Source: Myxococcota bacterium (GTDB taxonomy: Bacteria > Myxococcota_A > UBA9160 > UBA6930). Taken from it: a stretch of DNA of 64,000 bases. How positions within the stretch are numbered: the first letter of the stretch is position 1; each line of letters starts with the position of its first letter. A program made the position numbers and the translations under genes. The notes under the pieces are model-generated. The model saw only the letters and a list, made by a program, of their open reading frames with translations. It searched no databases and was not told the DNA's origin. The DNA is taken from positions 416,001-480,000 of the forward strand of contig OZ245015.1 of assembly GCA_965223705.1 (NCBI GenBank), given 5' to 3'. Shown one piece after another: positions 37,777 through 48,426 of the stretch.

Positions 37777-39168
37777 ATGGAACCCCCCCGCGGCTTTTGG
37801 GACGGCGTGATACGCCGTCTCGACGGACGACTGCCACGTCACGCGGTTGACGCATGGATTCGACCCCTCGAGCCTCACTGGCGAGAGGGGCGCCTCGAGT
37901 TGCATGCTCCGGGCATCCTGTGCCGAGATCGCGTCGAAGCGCAGTACCGCGGGGAGATCGACGAGGCTCTGCGCGCCGAACTGGGTGAAGCCCAGGCCTT
38001 CGCGTTGCGCGTTGCCGATCCCGAGCCGAAGAAGGCCACGACCGAAGAGAAGACCACGCTTCCTCCTGCGGAGGAACTGCCCGCTGCGCCGGCGCTGCAG
38101 CGCAGAGCTCCGCCGGAACGCCGCACTCCGCCGGCCCGTCAGCAGAGTTTCCGTCGCGGGTTTGACGGGTTTCTCGTGTCGGACACGAACGCGCTCGCGC
38201 GCGAAGCGTCGCTAGCGCTCGCCCAGGGTCGGCAGCAGGGCCTGTCACCGCTCTGTCTCGTAGCGGGAACGGGTCTCGGGAAAACGCACTTGGCGAGAGC
38301 CGTGGTCGCCGAAGCGAGGTCCCGGGGAACGGCGCGTCCACTGTACGCGTCCGCCGAGCGCTTTACGACGGAGTTCACGAGCTCCCTTCACCGGAAGGAG
38401 ACGGCGGGCTTCAAGCGGCGGTTCCGTGAGGAATGCGAACTCCTCGTGCTGGAAGACCTTCAGTTTCTCGCCGGAAAGCGTTGGACGCAGCTCGAGCTTT
38501 TTCACACGCTCGAGCACCTGCAGGCGTCCGGAATTCCCGTCGTGCTCACCGCGGACCGCTTGCCCCGTGAAATCGACAAGCTCGACGAGCGGCTGGTCTC
38601 TCAGGTCGCGAGCGGGCTCGTCGCCGAGATCGAACCGCCGGACGTCGAGCTGCGCGGCCGCATTCTGCGGGCGCGAGCTGCGGCCGCGGGAGTGCGCGTT
38701 CCCGAGTCGTGCCTCGAGCGCCTGGCCGCGGCCGTCGAGGGAAGTGTGCGCGACCTCGAAGGCGTGCTCACCCAGTTGGTGGCGACCGCATCGCTCCTCA
38801 AACGCCCGATCGATCGCGAGCTCACCGAAGCGGCGCTTCGCAAAGTCGGCGGCGTGGCGATCGATGCGGGGCGGCGCCACACCATCGGGTCCGTACTCAA
38901 GGTCGTGACCGCGTTCTTCGGAGTGCGGGAGGCAGATCTTCGCTCGCGCTCGAGGAAGCGATCCGTGCTCGAACCACGCCAGCTCGCGATGTACTTCTGC
39001 CATCAGCTGACGAACGCGTCGCTTGCGGAGATCGGTCGCGCATTCGATCGGGAGCATTCCTCGGTTCGGAACGCGATCGATGCCGTAGAGCGAGCGATGT
39101 TGACGCGAGCGACGCTGCGCTATCGCGTTGAAGAGTTGGCGTCCCGCCTGCGTGACGCCGAGAGCTAG
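37777..39168 (+). CDS. dnaA: DnaA-family AAA+ protein, divergent paralogue with all four domains
   Basis: W...DAWIRPL domain I, GTGLGKTHL Walker A, TQLELFHT, SVRDLEG, RQLAMYF...SLAEIGRAF domain IV; no dnaN downstream. Confidence 0.85.
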   Translation: MEPPRGFWDGVIRRLDGRLPRHAVDAWIRPLEPHWREGRLELHAPGILCRDRVEAQYRGEIDEALRAELGEAQAFALRVADPEPKKATTEEKTTLPPAEELPAAPALQRRAPPERRTPPARQQSFRRGFDGFLVSDTNALAREASLALAQGRQQGLSPLCLVAGTGLGKTHLARAVVAEARSRGTARPLYASAERFTTEFTSSLHRKETAGFKRRFREECELLVLEDLQFLAGKRWTQLELFHTLEHLQASGIPVVLTADRLPREIDKLDERLVSQVASGLVAEIEPPDVELRGRILRARAAAAGVRVPESCLERLAAAVEGSVRDLEGVLTQLVATASLLKRPIDRELTEAALRKVGGVAIDAGRRHTIGSVLKVVTAFFGVREADLRSRSRKRSVLEPRQLAMYFCHQLTNASLAEIGRAFDREHSSVRNAIDAVERAMLTRATLRYRVEELASRLRDAES

Positions 39169-39174
39169 GTGCGC

Positions 39175-40437
39175 CTAGGCGGGTGCCGACGATTCGTCGG
39201 TTAGACCCGCGGCGCGGGCGCGGTTTTGCTCTTCCCGCAGTCGCCAGCGGGTCGGTCCCGAGAGCTCGCTCTTTTGAACCGGCTCGAGGGAGGGCGGATC
39301 TTTCTCGGGATCGTCGTAGCGCTCGATGATCTCGTAAGTGGTGCTGCGCTGCACCGGCGTGCGTCCCATTTCGCGGATCAATTGACGCATCGTCTCCGGC
39401 GGCGTGTTCTCTCCGTGGTTCGCACCGGACTCGCGACTGATGGACTCTTCCATCAGGGTGCCGCCGAAATCATTGCAGCCGGCCGACAGCGCGAGCTGCG
39501 CCATCTTGTGCCCCATCTTGACCCAGGACATCTGGACGTTCGTAATCCACGGGCGGAAGAACAGGCGGGCGACCGCCACCATCCGGAGGTCCTCCGCAGT
39601 GCTTGCGCCGGGGCGTGCGCCCATGTGGTTGAAGAGGATGTTCTTCTCGTGGATAAAGCCGAGCGGAACGAACTCGGTGAAACCGCCGGTATCTTTCTGG
39701 ATGTCCCGAACGACGGCCAAGTGCTGTGCGGCTTGATGGACCGTTTCCAAGTGTCCGTACATGATCGTGGCGGTCGAGCGAAGGCCGATGCTGTGCGCCG
39801 TGCGGACAATCTCGATCCAGCGGTCGCTCATCAATTTTCGCGGTGAGACGATCTTGCGAACGCTGTCGTCGAGGATTTCGGCGGCCGTCCCCGGCATCGT
39901 GCCAAGGCCCGCGTCGACGAGGAAGCGCAGGTAGTCCGCGAGCTCCATCCCGCTCTTCTTGTGCCCGAAATCGATTTCTTCGGGCGAGAACGCGTGAATG
40001 TGGAGGTCGGGATAGGCCTCTTTCAAGGCGACCAAGATATTGCGGTAGTCGTTGTGGTCTTTCTTCGGGTCGATGCCGCCCTGAATGCAGACCTCGGTGG
40101 CACCGCGCGAGACGGCGTCGCCGGCTTTTTCGATCAAGATTTTCAGGTCGTGGTCGTACGCGTCGTCGTCGTCGCGGTGACGCGAAAAGCCGCAGAAGCT
40201 GCAGCCCACGTAGCAGACGTTCGTGAAGTTGATGTTTCGACAGATGACGAAAGATACGTCGTCGCCGTTGTCTTCGGCGCGGGCGACGTCGGCCGCGCGA
40301 CACAGCGCCCAGAGGTTCGGCCCCTCCACGGTAAGCAGGACGGCGGCGTCAGCGACGCTGAGTTCACGTCCTTCCAAGGCACGATCCAAGACGCGCCCGA
40401 CGGTGGGGTCGACGTCGGAGAGAAGTCGCTCGAGCAT
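39175..40437 (-). CDS. cofH: FO synthase subunit CofH (radical SAM)
   Basis: RNINFTNVCYVGCSFCGF, TEVCIQGG, MPGTAAEILDD, SWVKMG, GGTLMEESISR. Confidence 0.9.
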   Translation of the reverse strand: MLERLLSDVDPTVGRVLDRALEGRELSVADAAVLLTVEGPNLWALCRAADVARAEDNGDDVSFVICRNINFTNVCYVGCSFCGFSRHRDDDDAYDHDLKILIEKAGDAVSRGATEVCIQGGIDPKKDHNDYRNILVALKEAYPDLHIHAFSPEEIDFGHKKSGMELADYLRFLVDAGLGTMPGTAAEILDDSVRKIVSPRKLMSDRWIEIVRTAHSIGLRSTATIMYGHLETVHQAAQHLAVVRDIQKDTGGFTEFVPLGFIHEKNILFNHMGARPGASTAEDLRMVAVARLFFRPWITNVQMSWVKMGHKMAQLALSAGCNDFGGTLMEESISRESGANHGENTPPETMRQLIREMGRTPVQRSTTYEIIERYDDPEKDPPSLEPVQKSELSGPTRWRLREEQNRARAAGLTDESSAPA

Positions 40438-40439
40438 GC

Positions 40440-41657
40440 TTACGCCGCCTCTTGGCCGGGGTCGCCGGAAGTTTTTGCCATTCCGTTTTCGTCCGCGAGC
40501 TCCCCGATTCGCGCGAGCATCGTCGGGTCGAAGAACTCGGGCATCGCCAAGTGCTCCGGGTAGACCGGAAGCCTGTAGAGCAGCCGCTGTCCCGCCGCCT
40601 CGGTGCGTTCGCGCAGGGCGGCGAGCGCCGGCCACGGCGCTTCGGGGTTGATGAAGTCGACGGTGACGGGCGAAACACCGCCCCAATCGTTCACACCGGC
40701 GCGGAGCAAGGTTTCGAGCGCGTCCGACGCCAAGTTGGGCGGCGCTTGCACGTTCGCGGCGGAGCCCAACATGAGCCGCGCAAGAGCCACCCAGCCGGCG
40801 ACTTCGCGCTCGGTCAACGTCGCGACGAAGCGCATCGGTGTATCGGGCTTCGGGTGGAACGGCTGGATGATCGCTTCTTGAATGTGCCCGTAGTCGTCGG
40901 AGAGCTGACGGATCGCGGCGAGGGTTTCCGCCCGCTCGGCTTCGTTTTCCCCGATGCCGATCAACATGCCGGACGTGAACGGAATCTTGAGCTCGCCCGC
41001 TTCGCGGTGCATCCGGAGTCGAACCTCGGGATCCTTGTCGGGCGCGTAGCGGTGGGGCATGCCCTTCTCGCGGAGTCTCGGGCTCACGTTCTCGAGCATC
41101 AGGCCCATCGACGCGTTCCACGGACGCAGGGCTTCCATCTCTTCGATGGTCAGGATCCCGGCGTTCGTGTGCGGCAGGAGTCCGCCCTCGAAGGCGACCC
41201 GACAACCCGCGAGCAAATGGTCAGTGGTGGTTTGGTAGCCGCGCTCGGCCAGCCACTCGCGGTGGGAGCGATAGGCGATTTCGGGTTTGTCCCCGAGACA
41301 GAAGAGCGCCTCGATGCAGCCGGTCTTCACACCGCCCGCGACGACGGACGCCACTTCGTCGAGTGAATAGGTCTTCGCCTCGGGCGAGTCCGCGGTTTTC
41401 GAGAAGGTGCAGTAGGCGCAGCGATCGCGGCAGAGATTCGTCAGCGGAATAAAGACGTTCTTCGAGACGCTGACTTCGTCGCCTTTGCCCCGGGTCTTGC
41501 TCTCGCAGGCGGCGTCCAGCAGGGGCTCGAAGACCGCCGGATCGTCGAGTTGCCGGCCCAGCCGCGCGGCGGATTCCGTGTCGAGTCGATCTTCGTCGAG
41601 CGCGCGTCGCAGCATGCTTCGCACGTCGTCGGGCACGAGGGCGGGGGGGTTGGTCAC
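40440..41657 (-). CDS. cofG: FO synthase subunit CofG (radical SAM)
   Basis: FIPLTNLCRDRCAYCTF, LPHTNAG, SMGLMLE, QAPPNL, DWGGVSPVTVDFINPEAPWP. Confidence 0.92.
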   Translation of the reverse strand: MTNPPALVPDDVRSMLRRALDEDRLDTESAARLGRQLDDPAVFEPLLDAACESKTRGKGDEVSVSKNVFIPLTNLCRDRCAYCTFSKTADSPEAKTYSLDEVASVVAGGVKTGCIEALFCLGDKPEIAYRSHREWLAERGYQTTTDHLLAGCRVAFEGGLLPHTNAGILTIEEMEALRPWNASMGLMLENVSPRLREKGMPHRYAPDKDPEVRLRMHREAGELKIPFTSGMLIGIGENEAERAETLAAIRQLSDDYGHIQEAIIQPFHPKPDTPMRFVATLTEREVAGWVALARLMLGSAANVQAPPNLASDALETLLRAGVNDWGGVSPVTVDFINPEAPWPALAALRERTEAAGQRLLYRLPVYPEHLAMPEFFDPTMLARIGELADENGMAKTSGDPGQEAA

Positions 41658-41735
41658 AGACCCTCCAGGGAAGGCGAGAGCATACCACCCGCTGCGGGGA
41701 GCGCGCTCGGCCTGGAATGGATCCCCCTGGGGGGG

Positions 41736-42620
41736 TTACCCGGCCAACACGGGTCCGCGCCGACTCCGCTTCGAGGGATACGGTCGTGGCTCTCCAAAGG
41801 GTTGGGTGTGGAAGCGACGGTGCATCCAAGTCCATTGGCCTGGAAACCGGCGCACCGCACGCTCGATCGTGGCGTTGATGAGGCCGAGGTTCGCGCGCAG
41901 GGCGCCCTCGGCGTCGTACTCGAGTTCGAGCGGGGGCGCGATGTGCACCCGATGGCGTTCCCCCGAATCGATCCGTTCGATGAACGCCGGCACGATCGGG
42001 GCTCCGGTTCGCATCGCGAGCTTTGCGGGAGCTTTGCGGGTACACGCGAGTCTTCCGAAGAACGGGATGAATTCACCCTCGTCCCGGTTGCAATTCTGGT
42101 CGAGCGGAAGGGCGAGGATTTTGCCACCGCGGATTGCTCGCAAGGCTCCTCGCGCGGCCTCGCCACGGGTGAGTAGCTCGACGCCCCACGCGCCGCGCAG
42201 CCGCTCGACGAAACGCTCGAGCAGCGGGTTCTCTCTGGCGCGGGCGACCACGGTCAGTTCGTAGCCGTGGGCATGCATCAGAGCCGCGAACATCTCCCAG
42301 TTTCCGAGGTGAGCGGTCATGGCGATGACGCCGCCCGGAGCAGAGGATTCGAGCGCGCGCTCGAGGTGCTCGAGCCCGATGATCTCGGTTCGCGCCCGGA
42401 GTTCGTCCGGCGTGGCACCTCCCAACGTCAGGAGCTCGACGGCGCTCCGGCCGAGATTCTCGCAGCTCTCCCTGAAGACTCGGAGGCGCTGCTCTTCGCT
42501 CCAGTCGGGGAACGCGATGCGCAGATTGCACAGCGCGATCTCCCGTCGGCGTGGCACGGCTCTACCCAGAGCGCGCCCGACGAACGCGCCACACGCCAGC
42601 GCCCTGCGATGGGGCAGCAA
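41736..42620 (-). CDS. lipid A lauroyl/lysophospholipid acyltransferase (LpxL/HtrB family)
   Basis: AHLGNWE, LDQN, PFFG, PGQWTWMHRRF; the frame stays open upstream, so the true start may be near 42680. Confidence 0.85.
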   Translation of the reverse strand: MLPHRRALACGAFVGRALGRAVPRRREIALCNLRIAFPDWSEEQRLRVFRESCENLGRSAVELLTLGGATPDELRARTEIIGLEHLERALESSAPGGVIAMTAHLGNWEMFAALMHAHGYELTVVARARENPLLERFVERLRGAWGVELLTRGEAARGALRAIRGGKILALPLDQNCNRDEGEFIPFFGRLACTRKAPAKLAMRTGAPIVPAFIERIDSGERHRVHIAPPLELEYDAEGALRANLGLINATIERAVRRFPGQWTWMHRRFHTQPFGEPRPYPSKRSRRGPVLAG

Positions 42621-42688
42621 GCGCAGGCCGCTCCCGACAAACCGCGCCAGGGAGTCGGCGATGGTGGCTTCTCGGCTCAGGAGCGGCC

Positions 42689-44644
42689 CTAATCCTCTTC
42701 TGATTCGCGAATCTTCGCGAGCACGCTGTAGTCCTCGAGGGTCGACGTATCGCCGGCGGTCTCCTTGCCGCCTGCGATATCCCGAAGCAAGCGCCGCATG
42801 ATCTTTCCGGAGCGCGTTTTCGGGAGCGCTTCGGTAAAGCGGATGTCCGCGGGTTTGGCGATCGGCCCGATCTCCTTCGCCACGTGGTCGCGCAAGGTCT
42901 TCGAAAGTGCGTCGTCGGCCTGGGTGTCACTCGTCGGTGTCACGAACGCGACGATCGCCGTCCCGGTGATTTCGTCCGGACGTCCGACCACCGCGGATTC
43001 CGCGACGTTCGGATGCGAGACTAATGCACTCTCGACTTCCATGGTTCCGATGCGATGACCGGAGATGTTCATCACGTCGTCGACCCGGCCCATGATCCAG
43101 AAATATCCCTGCTTGTCGCGGTGGGCTCCGTCGCCGGCGAAGTACGTGTTCTTGTACTGGCTCCAGTACGTTTCCTTGAAGCGCGCTTTGTCGCCCCAGA
43201 TGCCGCGCAACATTCCGGGCCAGGGCTTTTGCACGACCAAGAACCCGCCATCCGGCGGCTTGGCTTCTTTACCGGATTCGTCGTAGATCGCCGCGTCGAT
43301 GCCGGGGAAGGGCAAGGTGGCCGAGCCCGGCTTCGTGTCGACGGCGCCCGGCAGCGGCGTGATCATGATTCCGCCGGTTTCGGTCTGCCACCACGTGTCG
43401 ACGATGGGGCAGCGCTTGTTGCCGATCACGCGGTGGTACCACATCCACGCTTCCGGATTGATCGGTTCGCCGACGCTTCCCAAGAGGCGCAGGCTCGACA
43501 GATCGTGTTTCGCCGGCAGTTCATCACCGAGGCGGATGAAGGTCCGGATCGCCGTCGGCGCGGTATAGAAGATCGTGACACCCCAGCGTTCGATGATGTC
43601 CCACCAACGATCGGGCGCGGGGTGCGTCGGCACGCCTTCGTACATCACGGTCGTCGCGCCGTTCGAGAGAATTCCGTAGACGACGTAGGAATGCCCGGTG
43701 ATCCAGCCGATGTCCGCCGTACACCAATAGGTGTCGGAATCCTTCAGGTCGAAGATCGCTTTCGCAGTCGTCGTGACATGTGTCAGGTAGCCACCCGTCG
43801 TGTGAAGGATCCCTTTGGGTTTGCCCGTGGTTCCGCTCGTGTAGAGGATGAAGAGCGGGTGTTCGGCCGGCAATTTTGCCGGCGCACAGACGGGGCTGGC
43901 GCCTTCCATGAGGTCCGACCACCAGTGATCGCGGCCGCTTCGCATGGTGACGTCTTCGCCTGTGCGCTTGACGACCACCACGTTTTCGACCGTCGACGCG
44001 CCTTCGAGCGCTTCGTCGACGGCTGGCTTCAGGGGGAGGGGGGCGCCGCGTCGGTAGCCGCCGTCTGCGGTGACGACAACTTTTGCACCCGCGTCGTTGA
44101 GACGGTCGCGCAGAGCGTCGGCCGAGAAGCCTCCGAAGACGATGCTGTGCGGTGCGCCGATCCGCGTGCAGGCGAGCATACCGATGGCGAGCTCGGGCAC
44201 GAGCGGCATGTAGAAGGCCACCCGATCGCCGCGCTTGACACCGAGGTCCTTCAGCACGTTCGCGAACTTGCACACTTCGCGGTGCAACTGCCCGTAGGTC
44301 AGAACGCGCGTATCACCGGGCTCTCCCTCCCAGATGATCGCCGCTTTGTTGCGCCGCCACGCGTTCTCGCCTTCCAGGTGACGATCGAGGCAGTTGTAGG
44401 AGACGTTGATCTTCCCGTCGGCGAACCATTTCGCGAACGGCGCTTTCCACTCGAGACCCTTTTTCGGCTTTGTGAACCAGGACAGGTTCTCCCGAGCCAT
44501 GGTCTTCCAAAACCGCTCCGGGTTCTTGGCAGCCATCTTGCGGTATTCCGCGACCTGCTTCTTGGTCCAATTGGCCCGCTTGGCCAAGTCTCGGTTCGGC
44601 TTGAACGAGCGTTTTTCTTTGAGTAGCGACTCGATATCCGCCAC
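42689..44644 (-). CDS. acs: acetyl-CoA synthetase
   Basis: [47 protein letters not shown]. Confidence 0.97.
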   Translation of the reverse strand: MADIESLLKEKRSFKPNRDLAKRANWTKKQVAEYRKMAAKNPERFWKTMARENLSWFTKPKKGLEWKAPFAKWFADGKINVSYNCLDRHLEGENAWRRNKAAIIWEGEPGDTRVLTYGQLHREVCKFANVLKDLGVKRGDRVAFYMPLVPELAIGMLACTRIGAPHSIVFGGFSADALRDRLNDAGAKVVVTADGGYRRGAPLPLKPAVDEALEGASTVENVVVVKRTGEDVTMRSGRDHWWSDLMEGASPVCAPAKLPAEHPLFILYTSGTTGKPKGILHTTGGYLTHVTTTAKAIFDLKDSDTYWCTADIGWITGHSYVVYGILSNGATTVMYEGVPTHPAPDRWWDIIERWGVTIFYTAPTAIRTFIRLGDELPAKHDLSSLRLLGSVGEPINPEAWMWYHRVIGNKRCPIVDTWWQTETGGIMITPLPGAVDTKPGSATLPFPGIDAAIYDESGKEAKPPDGGFLVVQKPWPGMLRGIWGDKARFKETYWSQYKNTYFAGDGAHRDKQGYFWIMGRVDDVMNISGHRIGTMEVESALVSHPNVAESAVVGRPDEITGTAIVAFVTPTSDTQADDALSKTLRDHVAKEIGPIAKPADIRFTEALPKTRSGKIMRRLLRDIAGGKETAGDTSTLEDYSVLAKIRESEED

Positions 44645-44655
44645 GGCGCGATCCT

Positions 44656-45948
44656 CTATCCCCGGACCCAAGCTTCGACTTGGTCCGTTGCTTTCGGGAT
44701 GGCTTCGGTCAAATTCTCGATGCCATCTTTCGTGATCAGCACATCATCTTCGATGCGCACGCCGATGCCGCGAAACGAAGCGTCGGCTTCGTCGTCGTCA
44801 TCAGCGATGTAAAGACCGGGTTCGATGGTGAACACCATGCCCGGCTCGAGCGGGCGGGGTTCTCCGTGGTCGGTGTAGACACCGACGTCGTGCACGTCGA
44901 GCCCGAGCCAGTGGCTCGTGTTGTGCATGTAGTACCGGCGGTACGCTTCCCGCGCGATCAGCTCGTCGCGGTCTCCCTCGAGGAGCTTCAGTTCGAGCAT
45001 ACCTTCCGTGAGCGCGCGAACCGACGCGTCGTGTACGGAACGGAGGGTGGCCCCTGGCCCCGCGGCCTCGAGTGACGCTTGCTGCGCCGCGAGCACCACG
45101 TCGTACACCGCTTTCTTCGCGCCCTCGAAGCGCCCACCGATTGGGTACGTGCGCGTGACGTCTGATGCGTAGCCGTCGAGTTCGCAACCGGCGTCGATCA
45201 GCAGCAGCTCACCTTCGACGAGCGGCTGATCGTTTTCGATGTAGTGCAGAATCGTCGCGTTACGGCCGCCGCCGACGATGGATGTATAGGCGGGTCCCGT
45301 GGCGCCGCGGCGGCGAAACGCGTAGGCGAGGGCGGCCTCGAGTTCGTATTCGAAGCGGCCGGGTTGCGCGAGCCGAGCCGCTTCGGCGTGGGCTTCCTTT
45401 GTAATCGCGGCGGCGCGCCGCATAATGTCGAGCTCTTCCGGTTCCTTGAAAAGGCGCATTTCGTGAATACGCGATCGCGGGTCGACGATTTCCGAAGCGG
45501 GATTGCGCCCCGCGCGCGACCGCAGCCGCATTTCGTCGAGGCTCGAAACCAGGAGGTCGTCGATCGCGGCGTCGCGTCCCAGCACGTGATAGATGCGCGA
45601 GGCTCCGGCGATGAGCTCCGGGAGTTGTTTCGCGAGCTCGCTCCGGGGGTGCGCGGCATCGGCTCCGTAGTCCCGAACGGCGCCTTCGACGCCGGGCCGG
45701 TAGCCCGTCCAGGTTTCGGCCGCGCGATCCCGGGGTTCTACGAACAGCGTGTATTGCGGCGTGCCCCCGGGTCGTAACACCGCCGCCGCATTCGGGTGGT
45801 CGAAACCCGTCAGATAGTGAAAGTCGCTTCCCTGGCGGAACGGAAAATCGGTGTCGTTCGATCGCGGCACGAGCGACGCACCGAGGAGCAGCACCACGGA
45901 GTCTTCGGGAAGGCCCTCGAGAAAACGGTCGCGCCGAGCAGCGAACAT
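44656..45948 (-). CDS. pepP: Xaa-Pro aminopeptidase
   Basis: [51 protein letters not shown]. Confidence 0.94.
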   Translation of the reverse strand: MFAARRDRFLEGLPEDSVVLLLGASLVPRSNDTDFPFRQGSDFHYLTGFDHPNAAAVLRPGGTPQYTLFVEPRDRAAETWTGYRPGVEGAVRDYGADAAHPRSELAKQLPELIAGASRIYHVLGRDAAIDDLLVSSLDEMRLRSRAGRNPASEIVDPRSRIHEMRLFKEPEELDIMRRAAAITKEAHAEAARLAQPGRFEYELEAALAYAFRRRGATGPAYTSIVGGGRNATILHYIENDQPLVEGELLLIDAGCELDGYASDVTRTYPIGGRFEGAKKAVYDVVLAAQQASLEAAGPGATLRSVHDASVRALTEGMLELKLLEGDRDELIAREAYRRYYMHNTSHWLGLDVHDVGVYTDHGEPRPLEPGMVFTIEPGLYIADDDDEADASFRGIGVRIEDDVLITKDGIENLTEAIPKATDQVEAWVRG

Positions 45949-45979
45949 GGGGCGGAGGATAACAGAGGCCGTCGAGCGC

Positions 45980-47025
45980 TCAGCGCGGCGGACCGACGCA
46001 GCGGATCACCGTGGCGTCTCGGCACAACGTCGCGCACACGCGATCACCCACCGGTACGCCCGTATAGAAGAGACCTCCTCGCCCGTCACCCAGATGGCCC
46101 GTCTCGACGGCACCCCGACTTCCAAATCGGTGGTAGATGCCCGACCAGCGCTGGACGATGCCGTCGACGGCGCCGCCCGATCGCGTCAGCACGATGTCTT
46201 GGGCGAAGTCCACGGTTCGAGGGAAGCGCGCGTCGAGCAGAATATCGCGGAACGCGGTCTCGCCGGCTTCGCGAAAGCGGAGCCACAAGGCCTCGGAGGC
46301 GACGTCGACGATGGCGCCGACTCCGTCCTCGGCGAACGTCGCGAACTGGACCTCGCGATCGGTGATATGACGAAGGAGTTCCCCGGTTTCGTCGAGGACG
46401 AGAGCGTCGCGCGTTTTCGCTTCGCCCTCCGAACCGAGGCGATCCGCGATGACCCAGATCTCACGTCGCACGGGATCGTAGGCGACGCTCTTGGGAGCGA
46501 TCTGCAACGTGCCCGGTCCGGTCAGCGGGAACACCTTCGGGTTCTCGCCGTCCCTCCCGACGGAGAGCAGCCGGCTGTGGGCGTAGTCGGCAAAGAGAAG
46601 CGTTTCACCGGGGCCCGCGGCGAGCTCAGAGGTACCCGTCCCCAGGTGCTTCCAAACGGCACCGCCATGTCCGCTTCGAGAGACCCAGCCCGGTGAGCCG
46701 AAGAAGCGCGCGAAATAGATCCGCGAACCCAGGGCGAGCACGTCCCAAACTTCACCTTCACCGGGAACTTCGAGCGGCGATTCCGGGGTCTCCGTAGCCA
46801 AGTCGAACCGTCCGATCCGCGCACTCCCGGAGCCCGCGTGAAGCGGCGCGCGCGGTGGGGTCGCGGCGCGGTAGCGGGCCCAGAAGCGCGAGATCCCGAA
46901 ATAGAGCGTGTCGTCCTTTACGCTGCCGAACCAGGAGCAGGCCGCCGGGGTGCGCGGTGGGTGTCGGGTTCGCGTCCCGGTACACAGGCGCTCGCCAGGA
47001 GAAGGAGCGCGCCTGCGAGGATCAG
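45980..47025 (-). pseudogene. beta-propeller-like lipoprotein, apparently frameshifted (signal peptide and body in different frames)
   Basis: The frame of ORF 45980..46801 is open and protein-like upstream to ~46950 (AACSWFGSVKDDTLYFGISRFW), while LILAGALLLLASAC lies in another frame that stops at 46918. Confidence 0.5.
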
Positions 47026-48209
47026 CCGGCCTTGGTGGCGTTTTCCTCGGCGAATAGCGCTACGACCTCGTTGCCGAAGTTCGCGCGAAACCAATGCTTG
47101 AGCTCCGGGATCTCGTCGAGGCGTTCGACGTCCTTGGGATGCGCGATCGCAATGGCCTCGAGTGAACTGTTCGGGCAGAGCACGCCCGGGTCCAGTCCGA
47201 GCTCCTTCGATCGATCGGTCCGCCACCGCTTGAGGGTTGCGACCCGGCGTTCCGCCCGGCGATCCATGCGTCGACGCGGCGTGGCGGACGTGGTCTTCGG
47301 GATCGGTCCGTGGGTCTTCTTTTCGCCGCGCTTCACCGCCGCGAGGATGTCGCGACCGAAGCGGCGGACGATGAGGTCCGTGATGCCCTTGATATCCGAC
47401 AACGTCTCCAGGCGGTCGGGCTTGGCCGCCGCGAGTTCGAGAAGCGTTCGATTGCCGAGCACCTTGAACGGCGGACGATCGAGGTCTCGGGCGCGTTTGT
47501 CGCGAACCCAATACAGCTCGCGCAACACCGCGAGCGCGTCGGAATCGAGTTTTCGCGCCCCCTTGATCTTCAAGTAGCCGAGCTTGTCGAATTCGCGCTC
47601 GGGCCACTCGCGCTGCGTCAACAACTTGAACTCTTCCTGTGCCCACTCGAGCCGCGACGCCTGTTCGAGCTCTCGCTCGAGCCTTTCGGCCAAGGGGATC
47701 AAGTACGCGACGTCGGCGGCGGCGTAGCCCAACTGCGATTCGCGCAGCGGGCGCATCGACCAGTCCGAGCGCTGCTCGTCCTTCGGGAGCCTCACATCGA
47801 AGTGGCGCTCTGCGAGGGCGGCGAGCCCGATCGCTCCGTAGCCCAGGAGCTGGGCCGAGATCATCGTGTCGAACAAGTTCGCGAAGTTGAATCGGCAGTC
47901 GCGCTTGAGGACGTACAGGTCGTACTCGGCCGCGTGAAAGATGGTCCGTACGCTCGGAGAATCAAAGACCGGGCCCAGCGGGGCCAGCATGTCGTGCCCC
48001 TCGTCGCGGAGGGGATCGAGCAGGTAGATCTGTTGGCGCGTCGCGATCTGCACCAGACAGGTCTTGTCGAAATAGTGGTAGAAGCTGTCCGCCTCCGTAT
48101 CGAAGGCGACGACGCTTTCTTGCAGCAGCTCCTGGGCGAGTGACTCCACGTCGGAGGCACGCTCGATGAGCTCGTAATCGGCCACTTCCCGCCTCACTGC
48201 GCTCTCCAC
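47022..48209 (-). CDS. rnd: ribonuclease D (DEDDy exonuclease plus HRDC domains)
   Basis: AFDTEADS, CLVQIA, FHAAEYD, LFDTMI, SDWSMRPL, YAAADV. Confidence 0.9.
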   Translation of the reverse strand: MESAVRREVADYELIERASDVESLAQELLQESVVAFDTEADSFYHYFDKTCLVQIATRQQIYLLDPLRDEGHDMLAPLGPVFDSPSVRTIFHAAEYDLYVLKRDCRFNFANLFDTMISAQLLGYGAIGLAALAERHFDVRLPKDEQRSDWSMRPLRESQLGYAAADVAYLIPLAERLERELEQASRLEWAQEEFKLLTQREWPEREFDKLGYLKIKGARKLDSDALAVLRELYWVRDKRARDLDRPPFKVLGNRTLLELAAAKPDRLETLSDIKGITDLIVRRFGRDILAAVKRGEKKTHGPIPKTTSATPRRRMDRRAERRVATLKRWRTDRSKELGLDPGVLCPNSSLEAIAIAHPKDVERLDEIPELKHWFRANFGNEVVALFAEENATKAG

Positions 48210-48426
48210 CGCCCGGAGGAGGTGCGCGGCTTTAGGATTCCATCCTCGACCATAGTCGATTGATGGATTTTACCCTCACTTTCACTGGGGGCCGAACGAT
48301 CGCGGGAGACTGATCGCTGGAGGGGCGGAACGTAGCCGAGCGTTTCGGGCTCCGAAAGTTGCCATCCGCGCTTAGCTCCAGTTGTCGACGGCGCTTTTGG
48401 TACCGTCATAGCTACGAGGGGGTTTC

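Noticed and set aside
39175..40437. MqnC/MqnE menaquinone radical SAM enzyme
   Set aside because: Adjacency to cofG and the PGTAAEILDD and SWVKMG motifs favour CofH
48210..48426. T-box riboswitch upstream of proS
   Set aside because: No T-box consensus (GGTGGNACCGCG) or terminator/antiterminator is visible
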